Source: Octopus sinensis | Lineage: Eukaryota | Reading direction: 5' to 3' | DNA: 64,000 nucleotides | Assembly (NCBI RefSeq): GCF_006345805.1 | Contig: NC_043012.1 | Location: 8,928,001 to 8,992,000 of the forward strand | In this document: positions 47,030-60,189 of the stretch, piece after piece | How the letters are laid out: each line of letters begins with the position of its first letter | Position numbering within the stretch: position 1 is the stretch's first letter | Notes under the pieces: model-generated | Told to the model about the DNA's origin: nothing | Seen by the model: the letters and a program-made list of their open reading frames with translations, nothing else | Database searches by the model: none | Position numbers and translations under genes: made by a program

Positions 47030-50000
47030 TAATAATAATAAAACAATGTGTACAGTGCTCAGGTGCACTACAACTCATCTAAAGTGTATGTATAGTACAT
47101 AGGGTAATGTACAAGCGTCAGGAAAAGAACAGTGCATGAGTCATGACATACACATATGTGTATGAGTATGGAAGGGGGACAATCAGGTGTAGTTTCGGCG
47201 GATTTCGGAAAGCATGAGGGCTTTAAAGGATGCAGTGTCATGGCAGTCAACAACTGACGCAGGCAGTTTGTTCCATATTTCTGAAAGTCATGGGAGCTGT
47301 GTTGGTTTCTGACTTTGTAGGCATGTCCACGTGTGTTGGACACATGGAGATCAAAAAGGTGTTCAGTGTTGTTGTTGGTGAGGTGGTTGATAACTTTGTG
47401 GGTGTTTACCAAGTCCATCGCCAGACGCCGGAGTTTCAGTGAATCCATGCCCAGGGAAACAAGGCGCTCAGAGTATGGTAGGTGTCCGATGGAGGGTATG
47501 CGTTTGGTTGCACGTCTCTGAACAGATTCCAAGAGGTCAATGTTCTGAGCAAGATAGGGGTTCCAAACTGATGATGCGAATTCCAAGTGGTCGTACCATA
47601 GCTGTATACAGCTTTAAATAGATGGCTGGAAAGCGGCTAACAAAAGTCCTGCTGAGTGATGCCAAGACACCCTTGGCCTTCTTGACAATTTTAGAGATAT
47701 GCTTTGTCCAACGCAAATCACTGCTGACAGTGATGCCTAGGTCACGCTCGCAAGAGGATTTCTTGATATCAGTGTTGTGGAGGGAGTATGTGGACGCAGG
47801 GTTTTTTCTCCCAAATTGCGTGGTGGTACACTTGTCCACAGCCAGTTTCAGTTGCCAGTCTGTGATCCATTGCTGCATTGTGTCCAGGTCTGATTGCAGG
47901 AAAGAGATGTAGACATCAGGAGCTGTCCTCTTGATTTCAACGTACAGCTTGATGTCATCTGCATATTTCAATACTGTGGCATTCTTTAAATTGGAATCTG
48001 TGTTATTAATGTATGCCACAAACAAGAGGGGATCAAGAACAGATCCCTGTGGTACACCCGATGACATCTCATATGGTGTAGAATGCTGTCCTAGAACTGT
48101 GACTACCTCCTTTCGGCTGAGAATGAAGGATTTCAACCAGTTAAAAAGATCATCCCTCACACCCATTGCAGAGAGTTTCACCATAAGCCTTTTGTGTGGA
48201 ACAGAATTAAAAGCCTTAGCAAAGTCAAGGTAGACAACATCCACCCATGAGCCACTGTCAGTGATCTGAGTAATGTCCTCAAGGAACTCAACAAGCTGAT
48301 CACTGCAGCTGGAGTTAGGGACAAATCCATATTGTGAGGGTCGGATGAGACTGTGAGAGCTCCAGAAGTTCCAAAGTGTTTCTCTGACACACGATTCCAT
48401 CAGTTTTGCAATACAGCTGGTGAGACTGACTGGGCGATAGTTGACAGGTGATGTGCGGTCACCCTTTTTGAACAGAGGAATGACACTGGCAGTTTTCCAC
48501 TGCTCCGGAGTAGCACCATTGTTGAGACAGTACTGGAAAAAAATAGAAAGCTGGTGTGAAAGGAAGTACCTGCCATGTTTGAGAAGCAGGTATGTAACGC
48601 CATCAAGACCAGGGGAGGCATAGTTGCGCTTATTTTGAAGGTGACGTCGCAGCATTGAAGGTGTAAATTCCATAGTTGTTATGGAATTTGCTGTTAGAGA
48701 TGGTGAAGATGGTACATTTTGATTTTCAACAGTGAATATGCTTGCATAGCACTCGGCAATGAGTTCTGCGCATTCCTTGGGATCGTCAGTGATCTGGCTT
48801 GTGTGAGGGTTGCGAAGAGGGCCCACTGGAGAGTGAGGTCTCTGCTTTGAATGCACATATTTCCAGAAAACCTTGCTGTCAGGATTGGCTGCTATGCACT
48901 GTTCAAATTCAAGCACTGCTTTTTTTGTCACTTGCTTGAGATTGTTGGAAGATTTATTCCGCTTTTTCCTGTTGGTGTCTGATTTATGCAATTTGTATTC
49001 CTGTTCAGCAGTCCGACGTTCTTTCCTGGCAAGTCGGACCGCTGAAGTTTCCCAAATTGCCATTTTGGGGCGGTTCTTATTTTTCTGTTTACGTGGCAAT
49101 AATGCTGCACATGCTGCCCATATTGAGTCCAGGATACTCTGGAGTATAGTATTCACATCTCCAGTGTTGTAGAATTCACGCCAGTTTGGGTGCTGTAGTT
49201 CAGTGTGGTACAGGTTCCAATCTGCTCTCTTCCAATCGAAGGAAGCAGATTGGAGATGGTTCAGGTTTTTGTTGTTGCCCGCAAGAGCCAGATTGGCGAT
49301 GATCAGAGTCACCTAGAGGTTCCTCCGTAGTGTATTTGATAACCGCTTCAGGAGTTGTGGTGAAGAGCAGGTCCAAGGCGTTGTCGCCTCTTGTTGGAGA
49401 GGTGACTACTTGTGACCAGTTTGAGTCTAGTACAAGCTCAACGAAATCGTTTGCACTCTGTGGCCAATGGAAGGTTTCCCAATTTATCTCAGGATGATTG
49501 AAGTCACCTGCAATAAAAACATAAGTGGCTGTTTTCCTGGCAGCAGCTCGGAGGATATCACAAAGCTGTGTGTCTTGATGGTAATTTGGGGGACGATAAA
49601 CAACGCCAAGCAGGAGTGTTGACATGGTCATACGTATGTCACAGAAAAAAACTTCTTGTGATTCGTTCAAATCAGCACAAGGAATTACCGAAAAATTTGA
49701 ACGAACGTAGACCATCACACCACCACCACGGCGGTTAATGCGGTCCTTGCGGAAAAGGTTGTACCCAGTAATATTGAAAACCCCATCACAGAGTAAGGAA
49801 TGTGCCCATGTTTCTGTGACTGTGATGAAGTCAGGGTCAATACTTCTGACATAGGAGTTGAACAGATGTATTTTGTTGCATAAACTGCGAGCATTTAAGG
49901 ACAACAATTTGTACCCTGCTTGCAGTTTATGATGGTGTGTAGAGGATGGCAGGTTGTTCTGATTTAGTTTCCCAGAGTTGCTGTAGTTTTTTTTCCATTT

Positions 50001-50420
50001 TCAGTTATTGTGGGTAGAGAGCACTCAGACCAGCTGTTATCTCTCTTCCACGTTTCACCAGTCTTTACAAATCTCCAGATTTGTCCATCCTCACGAAGAC
50101 TGAAACTTTCTTGTAGAGCTGAGTTCCGGTTCAGGGAAGCCGCTACACGTAGCTTCGGACGTACATCGGGTGGTAAGCCTGGGCGTGTTCGGAAGGTAGT
50201 CTGATTTTCATGCCCAGCTTTAACTGAGTATGCTATGAGGTTGCCTCAGCGTGGTCTGAAAAAGACAGCTTGATGAGCCTGGGTTTTGGGCCAGGTCGTC
50301 CAAGGCAGAGAGCACCCGTTGGGGGAACGCAGCCTAGGTCTTTGGCTGAGTTGGCAGCAAATGCCTGAAGATCAGCCATGTCTTCTGGTACCCCAATGGC
50401 AATAACTTTGTGGGTAGCAG
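47030..50420 (-). mobile_element. Near-full-length CR1-like LINE (ORF1 remnant, APE, RT) with two ORF2 frameshifts
   Basis: APE: LNARSL...TETW...GGGV...GDFNHP...LDL...SDH (49200-49907). RT: YLDFAKAF...SGVPQGSVL...YADDIKL (47537-49312). C-terminus 47068-47586. (TAT)n-type tail at about 47030-47042. An RRM-like KVIAIGVPED lies near 50400. Confidence 0.9.
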
Positions 50421-51158
50421 AATCCGCGGTCTTCTCAGTGTTTTTAAATGTGGCAAGAGGTACAGATGTGGTAATGGTCCAGTACCATATATTAGTATGC
50501 TTGCATTGGTCATTGTTAGGCTACCATTGTCTTTCTATGGCACTCCCCTAAGAAATCTGGTGTGTTCCAGACACTCAGAGAATTCTTGGATCCTATCTTT
50601 CTCGAAAGGGTTATTAATAATGTAACTGTTCTTTTATGATGTCATCTTTTTGGTCAATATTTAAAAATAGATTTTGTCTTCTATAGATAGAATTGGTTTG
50701 TGGTTGAGGAAATTTCCTTCATTTGGTATAAAGCATCCCTCCCATTGCCTGGTGGAATGGTTCCCATTTCTCATATATTGGTAAGTTATAGTGCTTGGGT
50801 TGTGGACAAATCTTGCTTTGTCTTTTCATTTAACATTTGACTTCTCTCCAGGATGATTTGCTGATGTTCATCTCTTTTCCAGGTATTTCAGCAATGCTGC
50901 TGATTGGGTCGGGGTCCAGGGCTTTGTATTTTGGAACATTATGGGCCTCCCTCAGGAACTCTACACTTTCTCTGAGGTTGCTCAATTTTCCAGATTTTGC
51001 TTCACCTAGCAGTGTTTTGATGAGTCCTTGGTCAATTGAGCCCTTTTGTTTTTTTTTCAATGTATCCCCATTCTGCACAGACTTTGCTGGTGTTGGCACA
51101 TCAGCTCCTTGACTCCTTTCTTTCATCCAGAACTTTTTCTAATACTGTTTGTTTAGAT

Positions 51159-51440
51159 CAGGGGTGGGGAACCTTTTTGTTCATGAAGGCCACCTCACAA
51201 TTCATCGCCCCTCATAGAGACCGCATTGAACAAATATTTTTTTGGTCATTTTATCCCTATGCTTAGGCTGCTAAGTAATTTAATAGTAATGTCATAAAAA
51301 AAAAGACAGGTGAATAAAAATTAGAAATATGACATTTTCAAATATTTTACTTAAGTAGGAACTTTTTTTTAATAAGTAAATGAATAAAAGTCAAGCTTTT
51401 ATTCAAATTAATTTATTCAAATTAATGGCTTCTTTGAGTT
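51159..51440. mobile_element. hAT-type terminal fragment
   Basis: Begins CAGGGGTGGGGAACCT, a typical hAT/Charlie-like terminus. No partner end was found. Confidence 0.4.
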
Positions 51441-53420
51441 TGCTTTTCTACTTACCAAGTCAAAGGCCTTTGTCAGATCAATGAAGGCCATATATAATGG
51501 CATTTTCTGCTCTCTGGACTTCTCCTGGAGTTGGCATATGGAGAATATCATGTCAATAGTTGATCTGCTTCTTCTAAAGCCACATTACGATTCTGGATAA
51601 ATTCGAGAAGCAAGCAGTTGTAGCCTGGACAGGATAACGCGAGCAAAGGTCTTTCCAACAGTGCTTAGAAGAGATATTCCACGGTAACTGTTACAATCAC
51701 CATGGTGTCCTTTGTTTTTGTAAAGCGTAATGATGTTAGCATCCCACATATCCTGAAGGACTGTACCCTCTTCTCAGCACTGACACAGAAGCTCATGAAG
51801 GTGTCGAAGCAGGACGGTATTTTTGCCGGCTTTGATGATCTCTGAGAGGATGCTGTCTTTTCCTGGAGCTTTGTTACTGGCTAGGGAGTCAATAGCCTTG
51901 GTGAGCTCTGCTATAGATGGCAGACTGTCAAGTTCACACATAACTGGCAAGATCTTAACACCCTTGATTGCAGCCTCTGCTGCTGTGGTCTCCCCTGAGT
52001 AGAAATCCTGGTAGTACTCTACCCATCTATCCATTTGCTTGCTTTGGTCCTTGATGAGATCTCCAGTAGTTGATTTCAGAGGGGTTGACTTGGTTGCGGA
52101 TGGACCGAGGGCCTTCTTCAAACCGGCATACATCCTACTGACTGGATACTCTGACAGATTTCCTGTCAATACTTATTTGCACAGCGTCTCGCAGTCAATT
52201 GGGTTTTATTTCTTGCCTTTCTGAGTTCTTTGAGTGACTTTGTAGAAGAATTACTCTTGTATTGCATCAGAGCTGCACGCTTTGCTTCGATAACTGTTTC
52301 CAGCTCTGAGAGCTCAGCACTTAACCAATCTGGGTTTTACCTTTCTCTCATGCTGAAAGTATCTATTGATGTCATATACAAAGCTTCCTTGATATAGTTC
52401 CACCTACTTTCAGCAGAGGAGGTTGGGCAGCCACCGAGGGCAACCTTGATAGAAGCAGCAAAACATTTTCGCAGTGTAGGGTCCGAGGTTCTGGCAGTGT
52501 TAATGCGTGGTCGGCCCACTTTCTTGGAGCGATGGACTTTTTTAGGTAGAATCCTCACCCTACTTCTAATTAGTGAGTGGTCTGTGTCACAATCCGCGCT
52601 GTGGTAACTGCGGGTCAATAGAGTAGAATTCAGGAAGGATCTCCGTGTAATGATGAGATCTTGGATGTCTCCAAGATGCCTTGTGGGATGGCTTGTTGGT
52701 AAAGAATGTGTTTGTGATGCACAGGTTGTGGTATGTGCAGAATTCGAGTAGTCTCTGACCATTGTCATTCATGTTGCCAGTACCAAAGTGTCCAACACAA
52801 ATGGGCCACGAATCATGGTCAGATCCCACGCGAGCGTTAAAATCCCCATGAAGGTAGATATTTTCAGTTGTTGGTATATTTTCTATGACACAGTTGAGAT
52901 CTTTGTAGAACTGGTCCTTGGTCTCCTCTGAGCTGTAGAGAGTGGAGCATAGATGCTGAGTAGATGTACTGAGCCAGAAGAAGTCGAGAGGCGCAGTGAG
53001 AGGATACGCTCAGTGCCTCCTGATGGTGGTTCTATTGAGGAGAGTAATGAGTTTCTCACTGCAAAGCCAAGACCATGCTGACGAGGTTCTTCTGGATCGC
53101 TTCCCTGCCAAAAGAAGGTGAAATCCTGTTCTTTGAGTTTGCTGTTTGAGGGGAGTCTTGTCTCCTGCAGCCCAGCAATATCTATGTTAAGCCTCTTTAG
53201 TTCACAGTCAATGATGGCTGTCTTTCTTGTGTCTTCAGCCCTGAGTAGGTCATCAGATATGCCAGGGCACATGGTCCTGACATTCCAGCTTGCTAACTGC
53301 AGGACTGGTGGTTTCTTGTCTTTTAATTGTTTTCCTGGTGCAGAGGTTGCAGGCCATTTTTCAAGTCAAATTCTTCACTCCAAGCACCCAATGAAGCAGG
53401 CGACCTGTGGTGGGTCAGCA
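51440..53420 (-). mobile_element. Degenerate RTE-clade LINE (APE and N-terminal RT)
   Basis: IDIAGLQETR...FFWQG...HGLGFAV...SIYAP, GDFNARVG, YHSADCDTDH, then YRGISLLS...FRRSRSTIDMIF...QEKSREQ...AFIDLTKAFD. Many frameshifts. Confidence 0.9.
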
Positions 53421-53429
53421 CCTTATTAA

Positions 53430-54740
53430 CTTTAGCTTGGTCTAAATGGACCAGTGCCCTACCTTTGCCAGAATCATTATCAAACTCTTCTACAGTGTAG
53501 CGTATAAGATGAAGATTATCCTGGATGGCTCTGCCAGGGACTGCACAGGTTTGTGCCTTCCCGATCAGGTCATCCATGACATGCGTCAATCTTTTTCCTA
53601 ACATCTTGGCCAAAATCTTCACCTCTGCGTTCAGCAGCGTGATGGGCCTAAAATTGTGTATCCTATCCCCCTTGTCCAGGTCCTTCTTGACCAGCGTCAC
53701 CACTCCCTGGCGCACAGAGCTATCTCCCACTCTGTCTCTTCTTTATTTTCACTGTCATTTTCTTCTCTGCTTTCTTCCTCTGTTTTTTCCATTCTCTGTA
53801 GTTTCGTCTTCCAAGTCTTCTTCAATGTTCTCCTCTTTTTCTTTTTCTTCACCATTCTTGCATTCAGACCTAACATGGCCCTTCTTTCCACATTTAAAAC
53901 ACCTGGATTTTCTACCCACCACCATAACTACTAACTTCGTATACATCGTATCTATGACCTCTGGAATTTTTTCTAGGGTCATAGGCTCTGCTTGGATCAG
54001 CATTTTTATTATCTGGCCAAGCCAGACTGTGTCTTCTGTTACTTCCACAGAAAGAAGTGTTATTTCTTCTTCTAGGTCGTACAGTACTGCCGCTACTAGC
54101 CATTCGGCGTTCACCTCTGGTGGTACACAGCTTATCTTTATTTGGGAGGTTCTCCTCCCCATATAAATCGGCAACAGTACCACCTCATCCGTTCGCAGCA
54201 GCTCCACAGAACACTTTTGCACCTGTTCCACTGTTGACATCCTCATTTCAACAGTTGCGTATCTTTTTCCTCTGGCCAAATATTTGGTGTCTTTCCAAAT
54301 TGGCCTTAAACATTTTTCTACATTTTTGTCATTTACATAGTCAATTCTTTTCTTTTCAACGTTATATGTTTTGAACACTATAGTCCTTTCGAGTGCATCA
54401 TCAATGATGCTATGAGGAGGGGGCCACCTTTATTTCGGTCCCTTCTTTTGTTAATAGCTCTTGGTGTGCCTTTAAATTGGTTGCATCAATTTTCCTTGAG
54501 TTTCCTCCGGCGGCAGCCGCAAAGCTCCTTATTGGTTCCTCCCCAGTTGCAAGGCTGGGTGCATCAATATTCCTTCTGCTCACTACGGAATCCTTGCTGG
54601 TACTTGGCACTGGAGATACACTCTCCCTACACATGACAGTACCTTCCATTGTGTAAAAACACAAATAAATACAGTAAAACGTTCCCCTGCACGGGGGAAT
54701 TAAAACAGATTTTGCTTCAAAACAAGCAATAAACAGTTCC
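53430..54740 (-). mobile_element. L1/Tx1-type LINE copy B: ORF1 with an intact CCHC knuckle, joined by internal deletion to an RT fragment
   Basis: ORF1 CFKCGKKGHVRSEC (53755-54378). Then FRPITLLNAEVKILAK...QTCAVPGRAIQDNLHLIR...LVHLDQAK (53430-53730). Confidence 0.85.
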
Positions 54741-54749
54741 TTTGTTTTG

Positions 54750-56350
54750 GATTCGAGGTGCTGGTTTAAAACCAGTCTCTTGGCCTTCACCTGAGCCGCA
54801 CTGCCAGTTCGCATTGCTTCCTCTAAGTCCTTAACTAATTCTGATCCCCTGCTAACCTCTCTAGCTACTAGACTTATGCTATATCTAATAGACTCGTATC
54901 TAATGGCTCGCTTGAGGGCATACCACCATTTGTTGTTAATAATGGATCCGCTTAATGCCCTCTGAATCAGTAACCTAATCCTGTCTCTGTACTCCTTAAT
55001 TGCCAAAAGGGACGTATTAAGTTTCCAGTAGCCAGGACCTCTATGTAACTTATCTATGTCTAGCCTACAGGTGACCATCTTGTGATCACTGTAGCTGACC
55101 ATGTGAAGCTGTGGACTCCTAGCTATTTTTCTATCTGCTTTTCTAATTAATATTCTATCTATATACGACCTGAAAGATCCGTCGCTGTTTGACCATGTCC
55201 TCAATGGAGCGTTTGGATGTACCAGTCTATATGGGTCTACCAGCTCAAAATGTCTTGGTAGATCCTGGAAGCAAGCATTTCCTCTCCTATCAGTTTGTGA
55301 GCCTCCACAGTCTACCCGCGCATCGTAAACTGTGTTGAAGTCTCCTAGTATAGCTAAAGGATACGATGTACCAAGAAACTTTTCTAGCTTCCGAAAATAT
55401 TCGCTTTGTGCCCCTGAAGTGTGAGGTGCGTAAACCGCAACCAGTCTGATTTTCTTACAACTGCTGAACATCAAGTCAATGACGACCAGCCTACCTTCTG
55501 GATCTGAAAAAATCTACTTTTTCTCAGAAACCCGGTTCTTTTTGCAGAGGACCGACACCCCACTTCTGCTGGGCGGACGGCTCAGAGAGACAATCCTCTT
55601 GCAACCGCTGAACAGCAGGAGCAGATCTCTTGGCCGTTTTAACCAGGTTTCTGTGGCAACCATAATATCTAAATTCTGTGACCTGATGTCATTTAGGAAG
55701 CACCCTTGCTTCCAGCTTGACATCAGACCACGCACATTTATGCACCCTACTTGAATGCGAGACATCACCTACCTTAATCGGTCTTCTTTATTTTCTCGGC
55801 AGCTTGTGGGGTAAAATTCCAGGTCGTGTCGTTGTCCGAATATGCTGGACTTATGTACGTTTCTTAGGATATTAAAGTTCCTTTTGTCTACTTTGTATAT
55901 TTCAACATTATTTGGTAGATTTTTGTGTGTTTGGCATTTCTGTGCCAGTGTCTTATTGTCCAGATCTTTCATCAGTCTGTCATTTTTTGTCGACCGCCAT
56001 GTACACTGTTTCAGGAGATGTAAAGGACATATCTTCTTCTGAGGAAGATTCTCCTGGACTTGGTGAAGGGTTGGACGAGGGGGTGGAGCCTTGGAGGGGT
56101 GGGAACTGTTCATCATTGAGGGGTGAGGGTGGTTGTGGTGGGTTAGATGGGTGGGACTTCACTTTTTTTTCTTTATATCCCCACCCTCTTCTTTCGTTCT
56201 CTCAAAAAGCTCGGAGAGCTTCTCCGTTTCAATAATAATATTTTTTGAAGACACTGTGGCTACTGCCTTGAACTTTTTTGCTGGCTCATGCAGCTGGTTC
56301 TTTTCTTGGGTTATTTCGACCGACATATTCGTTCGAAATAAATGAAACAC
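54750..56350 (-). mobile_element. L1/Tx1-type LINE copy A: ORF1 tail plus ORF2 APE domain, 3'-truncated
   Basis: GCINVRGL...ATETW...GVSVL; LVAVYAP...LGDFN...SYIDRILI...SDHKMV...GPGYWKLNTSLL. Confidence 0.85.
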
Positions 56351-56364
56351 AATTCAATCCCTGA

Positions 56365-56760
56365 AAAAGGGAAACCTATAATTTTTTTACTTTTTTTCCC
56401 TCTTAATGAGGACAACAGTCCAAATACCGCCCCTGCTGGGGGGGGGGGGAGACGTAGCAACAAATCCTGTGACATTCGAAATTAATTATTTTTTTTTCAC
56501 ACAATAATATAATATAGAATCCCCCAAAACGGGAAACCTATAATATTTTTTCCCTCACAACAAGGACAACAGTTCAAATCTTGCTCATGCTGGTTGCGGA
56601 TGCCACAATAGAGCCTACAATGGCTAAAATTAAATTTTTTTTTTTCCGCAATAATAAATTGTTTATCCCCAAAAACGGGAAACCTATAATATTTTTTTTT
56701 TCCTCTTAATGAGGATAACAGTTCAAATGCCACCCCCGCTGGGGTGGGGTGGGGTGGGGG
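56365..56760. repeat. Three diverged ~150-bp tandem units
   Basis: GGGAAACCTATAAT...CCCTC...GGA(C/T)AACAGT(T/C)CAAAT...GCTGG recurs at about 56368, 56529 and 56675. Confidence 0.7.
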
Positions 56761-56900
56761 GCATGACAATAAAGCCTACAACGGCTTTAATAAGTTAAAT
56801 ATTAATAGTATTAATAATTTCAATATTTCAACAATTACTTTCTCCTGTCACCGGGAAAATGCACAGAAATTTTCAAAGTTCACGAAAATATTCAACACTA

Positions 56901-57295
56901 GGCACAGGAGTGGCTGTGTGGTAAGTATCTTGCTAATCAACCACATGGTTCCGGGTTCAGTCCCACTGCATGGCATCTTGGGCAAGTGTCTTCTGCTATA
57001 GCCCCGGGCTGACCAATGCCTTGTGAGTGGATTTGGTAGACGGAAACTGAAAGAAGCCTGTCGTATATATGTATATATATATGTATGTATGTGTGTGTGT
57101 CTGTGTTTGTCCCCCTAGCATTGCTTGACAACCGATGCTGGTGTGTTTATGTCCCCGTTACTTAGCAGTTTGGCAAAAGAGACCAATAGAATAAGTACTG
57201 GGCTTACAAAAAGAATAAGTTCCGGGGTCGAGTTGCTCGATTAAAGGCGGTGCTCCAGCATGGCCACAGTCAAATGACTCAAACCAGTAAAGAGT
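56901..57295 (+). mobile_element. tRNA-derived SINE family A, full copy
   Basis: Same head, body and tail as the other family A copies. Confidence 0.85.
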
Positions 57296-57874
57296 AATAA
57301 CCATTCCACAATAGAAAAATTATCCACGTGCAACAAAATGTTTGACTCACTGCTAAAAAAAGACATCCGTCTACAACAAACGTAAGCAAGCTACTTACCA
57401 CACAGCCACTCCTACGCCAATTATTCGGAATTGTATTAAAAAAAAATTGTATTTCGAGTTTATTGTAGATAAATTTTAACAACAAATTCTAACATGGACT
57501 CCTGTTGAGAAGTACTGGTCTGTTTCATGGGAGCATGGAAATTCAAATCCAGAATGAACAAATGAAAAAAGTTCCTGTTTATTATCAGCATCAAACTAGA
57601 TTTATAAATGTTATATTCGTTGTGCATCTATAATTTATGTACCGAGTATGTTCAATAAAGGAACCCTTCTGGTTATTAAATTTTATACTCCCGCTATATC
57701 AATGCAAAATGTTCTTTCATTGCTGTAATAAAATCCTTAATTTATTTCAAAACCGCTTGGCTTTCTTCCTTCAAAATTTATTTTCTGTAAGTTTCCATTT
57801 CTAATTCTTTGTGTAACTGTAGCTTTGGAAGAATTGTACATTTGGTTCTTGTTAAATGATAGATTTTCAAATGA

Positions 57875-58490
57875 AATCATCATCATCATCATTTAACGTC
57901 CGCTTTCCATGCTAGCATGGGTTGGACGAATGACTGAGGGCTGGCGAATCAAGTGGCTGCACCAAGCTCCAGTTTTGATCTGGTAGAGTTTCTACAGCTG
58001 GATGCCCTTCCTAACGCCAACCACTCCGAGAGTGTAGTGGGTGCTTTTTACGTGCCACCGGCACGGGGCTAGTCAGGTGGTACTGGCAACGACCTCGCTT
58101 GAATCTTTTACACATACCACCTGCACAGGTGCCAGTAAGGCGATGTTGGTAATGATCACACTCGAATGGTGCCTTTTACGTGCCACCGGTATGGAGGCCA
58201 GATAGCCGCTCTGGCAACAATCACGCTCGGATAGTGCTCTTAATACCCTACTAGCACGGGTCTTGAGTGCCAGTAAGGCGATGCTGGTAACGATCACGCT
58301 CGAATGGTGGCTTTTATGTGCCACCGGTACGGAGGCCAGATAGCCGCTCTGGCAACAATCACGCTCGGATAGTGCTCTTAATACCCTACTAGCACGGGTC
58401 TTGAGTGCCAGTAAGGCGACGCTGGTAACGATCACGCTCGAATGGTGGCTTTTAGGTGCCACTGGCACTGAAGCTGGTTAGTCGCTCTGT
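57875..58490 (-). mobile_element. RTE 3'-UTR-type repeat with an internal 138-bp tandem expansion
   Basis: (CAT)n tail at about 57875-57892. GTGCCAGTAAGGCGA recurs at about 58129, 58267 and 58405. Confidence 0.8.
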
Positions 58491-59342
58491 CTGATGTTGT
58501 TTAGGGCAATGTGAAGATGGAGTCAGATCTCGGCAGCGGAATTTTAGTGATGCTGATTGAGAGCATCCTAAATGCGAAAGGTGGATAGGGTTAGGTAGGT
58601 GTTGTAGTGGGACTAGGGAGAAAATACATGTATTGAGGCTGCTATAAAGGGTGCTATTTTAGGAGGAAGAATATTTTGGGATGTTAAATTATGTTTTAGA
58701 ATTAATGGTTGACTGAAGAAAACAGAAGTTTGATCAGGGAAAACACTCTCGGAGGTTTGCGTTAGGAAGGGCATCCAGAAACTGTGCCAGATCAAGACTG
58801 GAGCCTGGTGAAGCCATCTGGTTTGCCAGCCCTCAGTCATTCGTCCAACCCATGCTAGCATGGAAAGCAGACGTTAAACGATGATGATATATATATATAT
58901 ATTCCAAGAAAGTTAGCGGTTGTGAATCCAACCCACTAAGGGATAATATCTATCCAATATACTGTTGGTAGAAAACCCAATTATTAATACACAAGTGTTT
59001 TTTATTGCATTGCAACTATATTACCGAGTGTACTAAATGGGTGAAGGTAAAGGGATATTTTACCATTAATTTATATAGCAATAAGAAAATGGAGGGGACC
59101 AAGAGGTGGTTCATCTTGTCTGAAACAGCTGTAAGATATTTTCCCAATTTATATTCCTGTATGTTATATTTTAATAATTACTGGTATCCTTATATATTGA
59201 TATATTTTATTTCTTATATGTAAAGCATAATATATTATACATATATGTAAATCGTCATTTTAGTAAATAAATAAATAAGTTGACATAATATAATGTCTAA
59301 AAGTTGATGAACCATTTATCGATCCCCTCCATTTTCTTATTG

Positions 59343-59359
<17 letters not shown>

Positions 59360-59379
<20 letters not shown>

Positions 59380-59832
59380 CACTTTATTTAAAGCAGCAGA
59401 AAATTCAACAAAACCTGTTACTCTGAGTTTCCCGTTGCCGTTCATCGGACAGTTTTTGTATATATATAGTTGTCCAAAATCACGGAGTAGGAGAAAGAGT
59501 AGTATAAGTGAAGGGTGAGGAGAGAAAGTAGTGATTCGGTGAAGGAGTAGTGAGAGTAATAGCCCTGACTGAGAGTGAGAGAAAGTAATAGCAACGAGAG
59601 AAAGGAAGTGGCAAAGAGCGCGTCGTGTATCTTGTTTTTCTCTGTCACAAAATACGAATGACGAAGGAAGGGGTGAAAAAGAAAAGCAGCGTTTTAACTT
59701 TGTGTGTGTGTATGTAAAATGGAGGTATGTAAATGTGTGTATGAATGTATTATTATGTACCTTATTTTCTACGTTGTTTATTATATAAAATACTACAATT
59801 AGCCGTCATTTTTGACGGTACGGATTAGCTAG
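59360..59832 (+). mobile_element. Non-autonomous Helitron-like element (third family)
   Basis: 3' hairpin CCGTCA-TTTT-TGACGG (59803-59818) followed by CTAG|T (59829-59832). The 5' end lies in a TC/TA microsatellite and is approximate. Confidence 0.6.
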
Positions 59833-60189
59833 TTATTAATGTTGGATAACAATCCGCTCTGACTATTTTACATTAATATTGTCGCAAAAATTAAATATTA
59901 GTTATCTCCCTTTTAATCAATGCTGTCTTTATGGTCTAAAGTTATTTCCCTTAGACTAGTTTTTGCGTCTTGACGAAATTAGTTTAAAACTAATAGTTGC
60001 TGGGGTTAATTAACTTTTTTCTTAATTTCCCTCCATCTTTAAACTAAGACACTAGGGTCCAAGTAATAATGAATTCACTATATTTTTTATTGAAACAGTT
60101 TATTGAAATAAATGTTTAAAAAATTTAGAATAAGTAAACTCTTATAAGTCGGATGTAGAGGGTTCGTTGGACACAGTGTGAAACGACTG

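Noticed and set aside
50420-51150. Degenerate coding-like segment (ORF 50830-51126)
   Set aside because: No recognisable domain. It may be the N-terminal part of the CR1 ORF1, but I cannot support a call.
54410-55474. 354-aa ORF as a host gene
   Set aside because: It is an L1/Tx1 APE domain reading through a junction into the 5' region of a second LINE copy.
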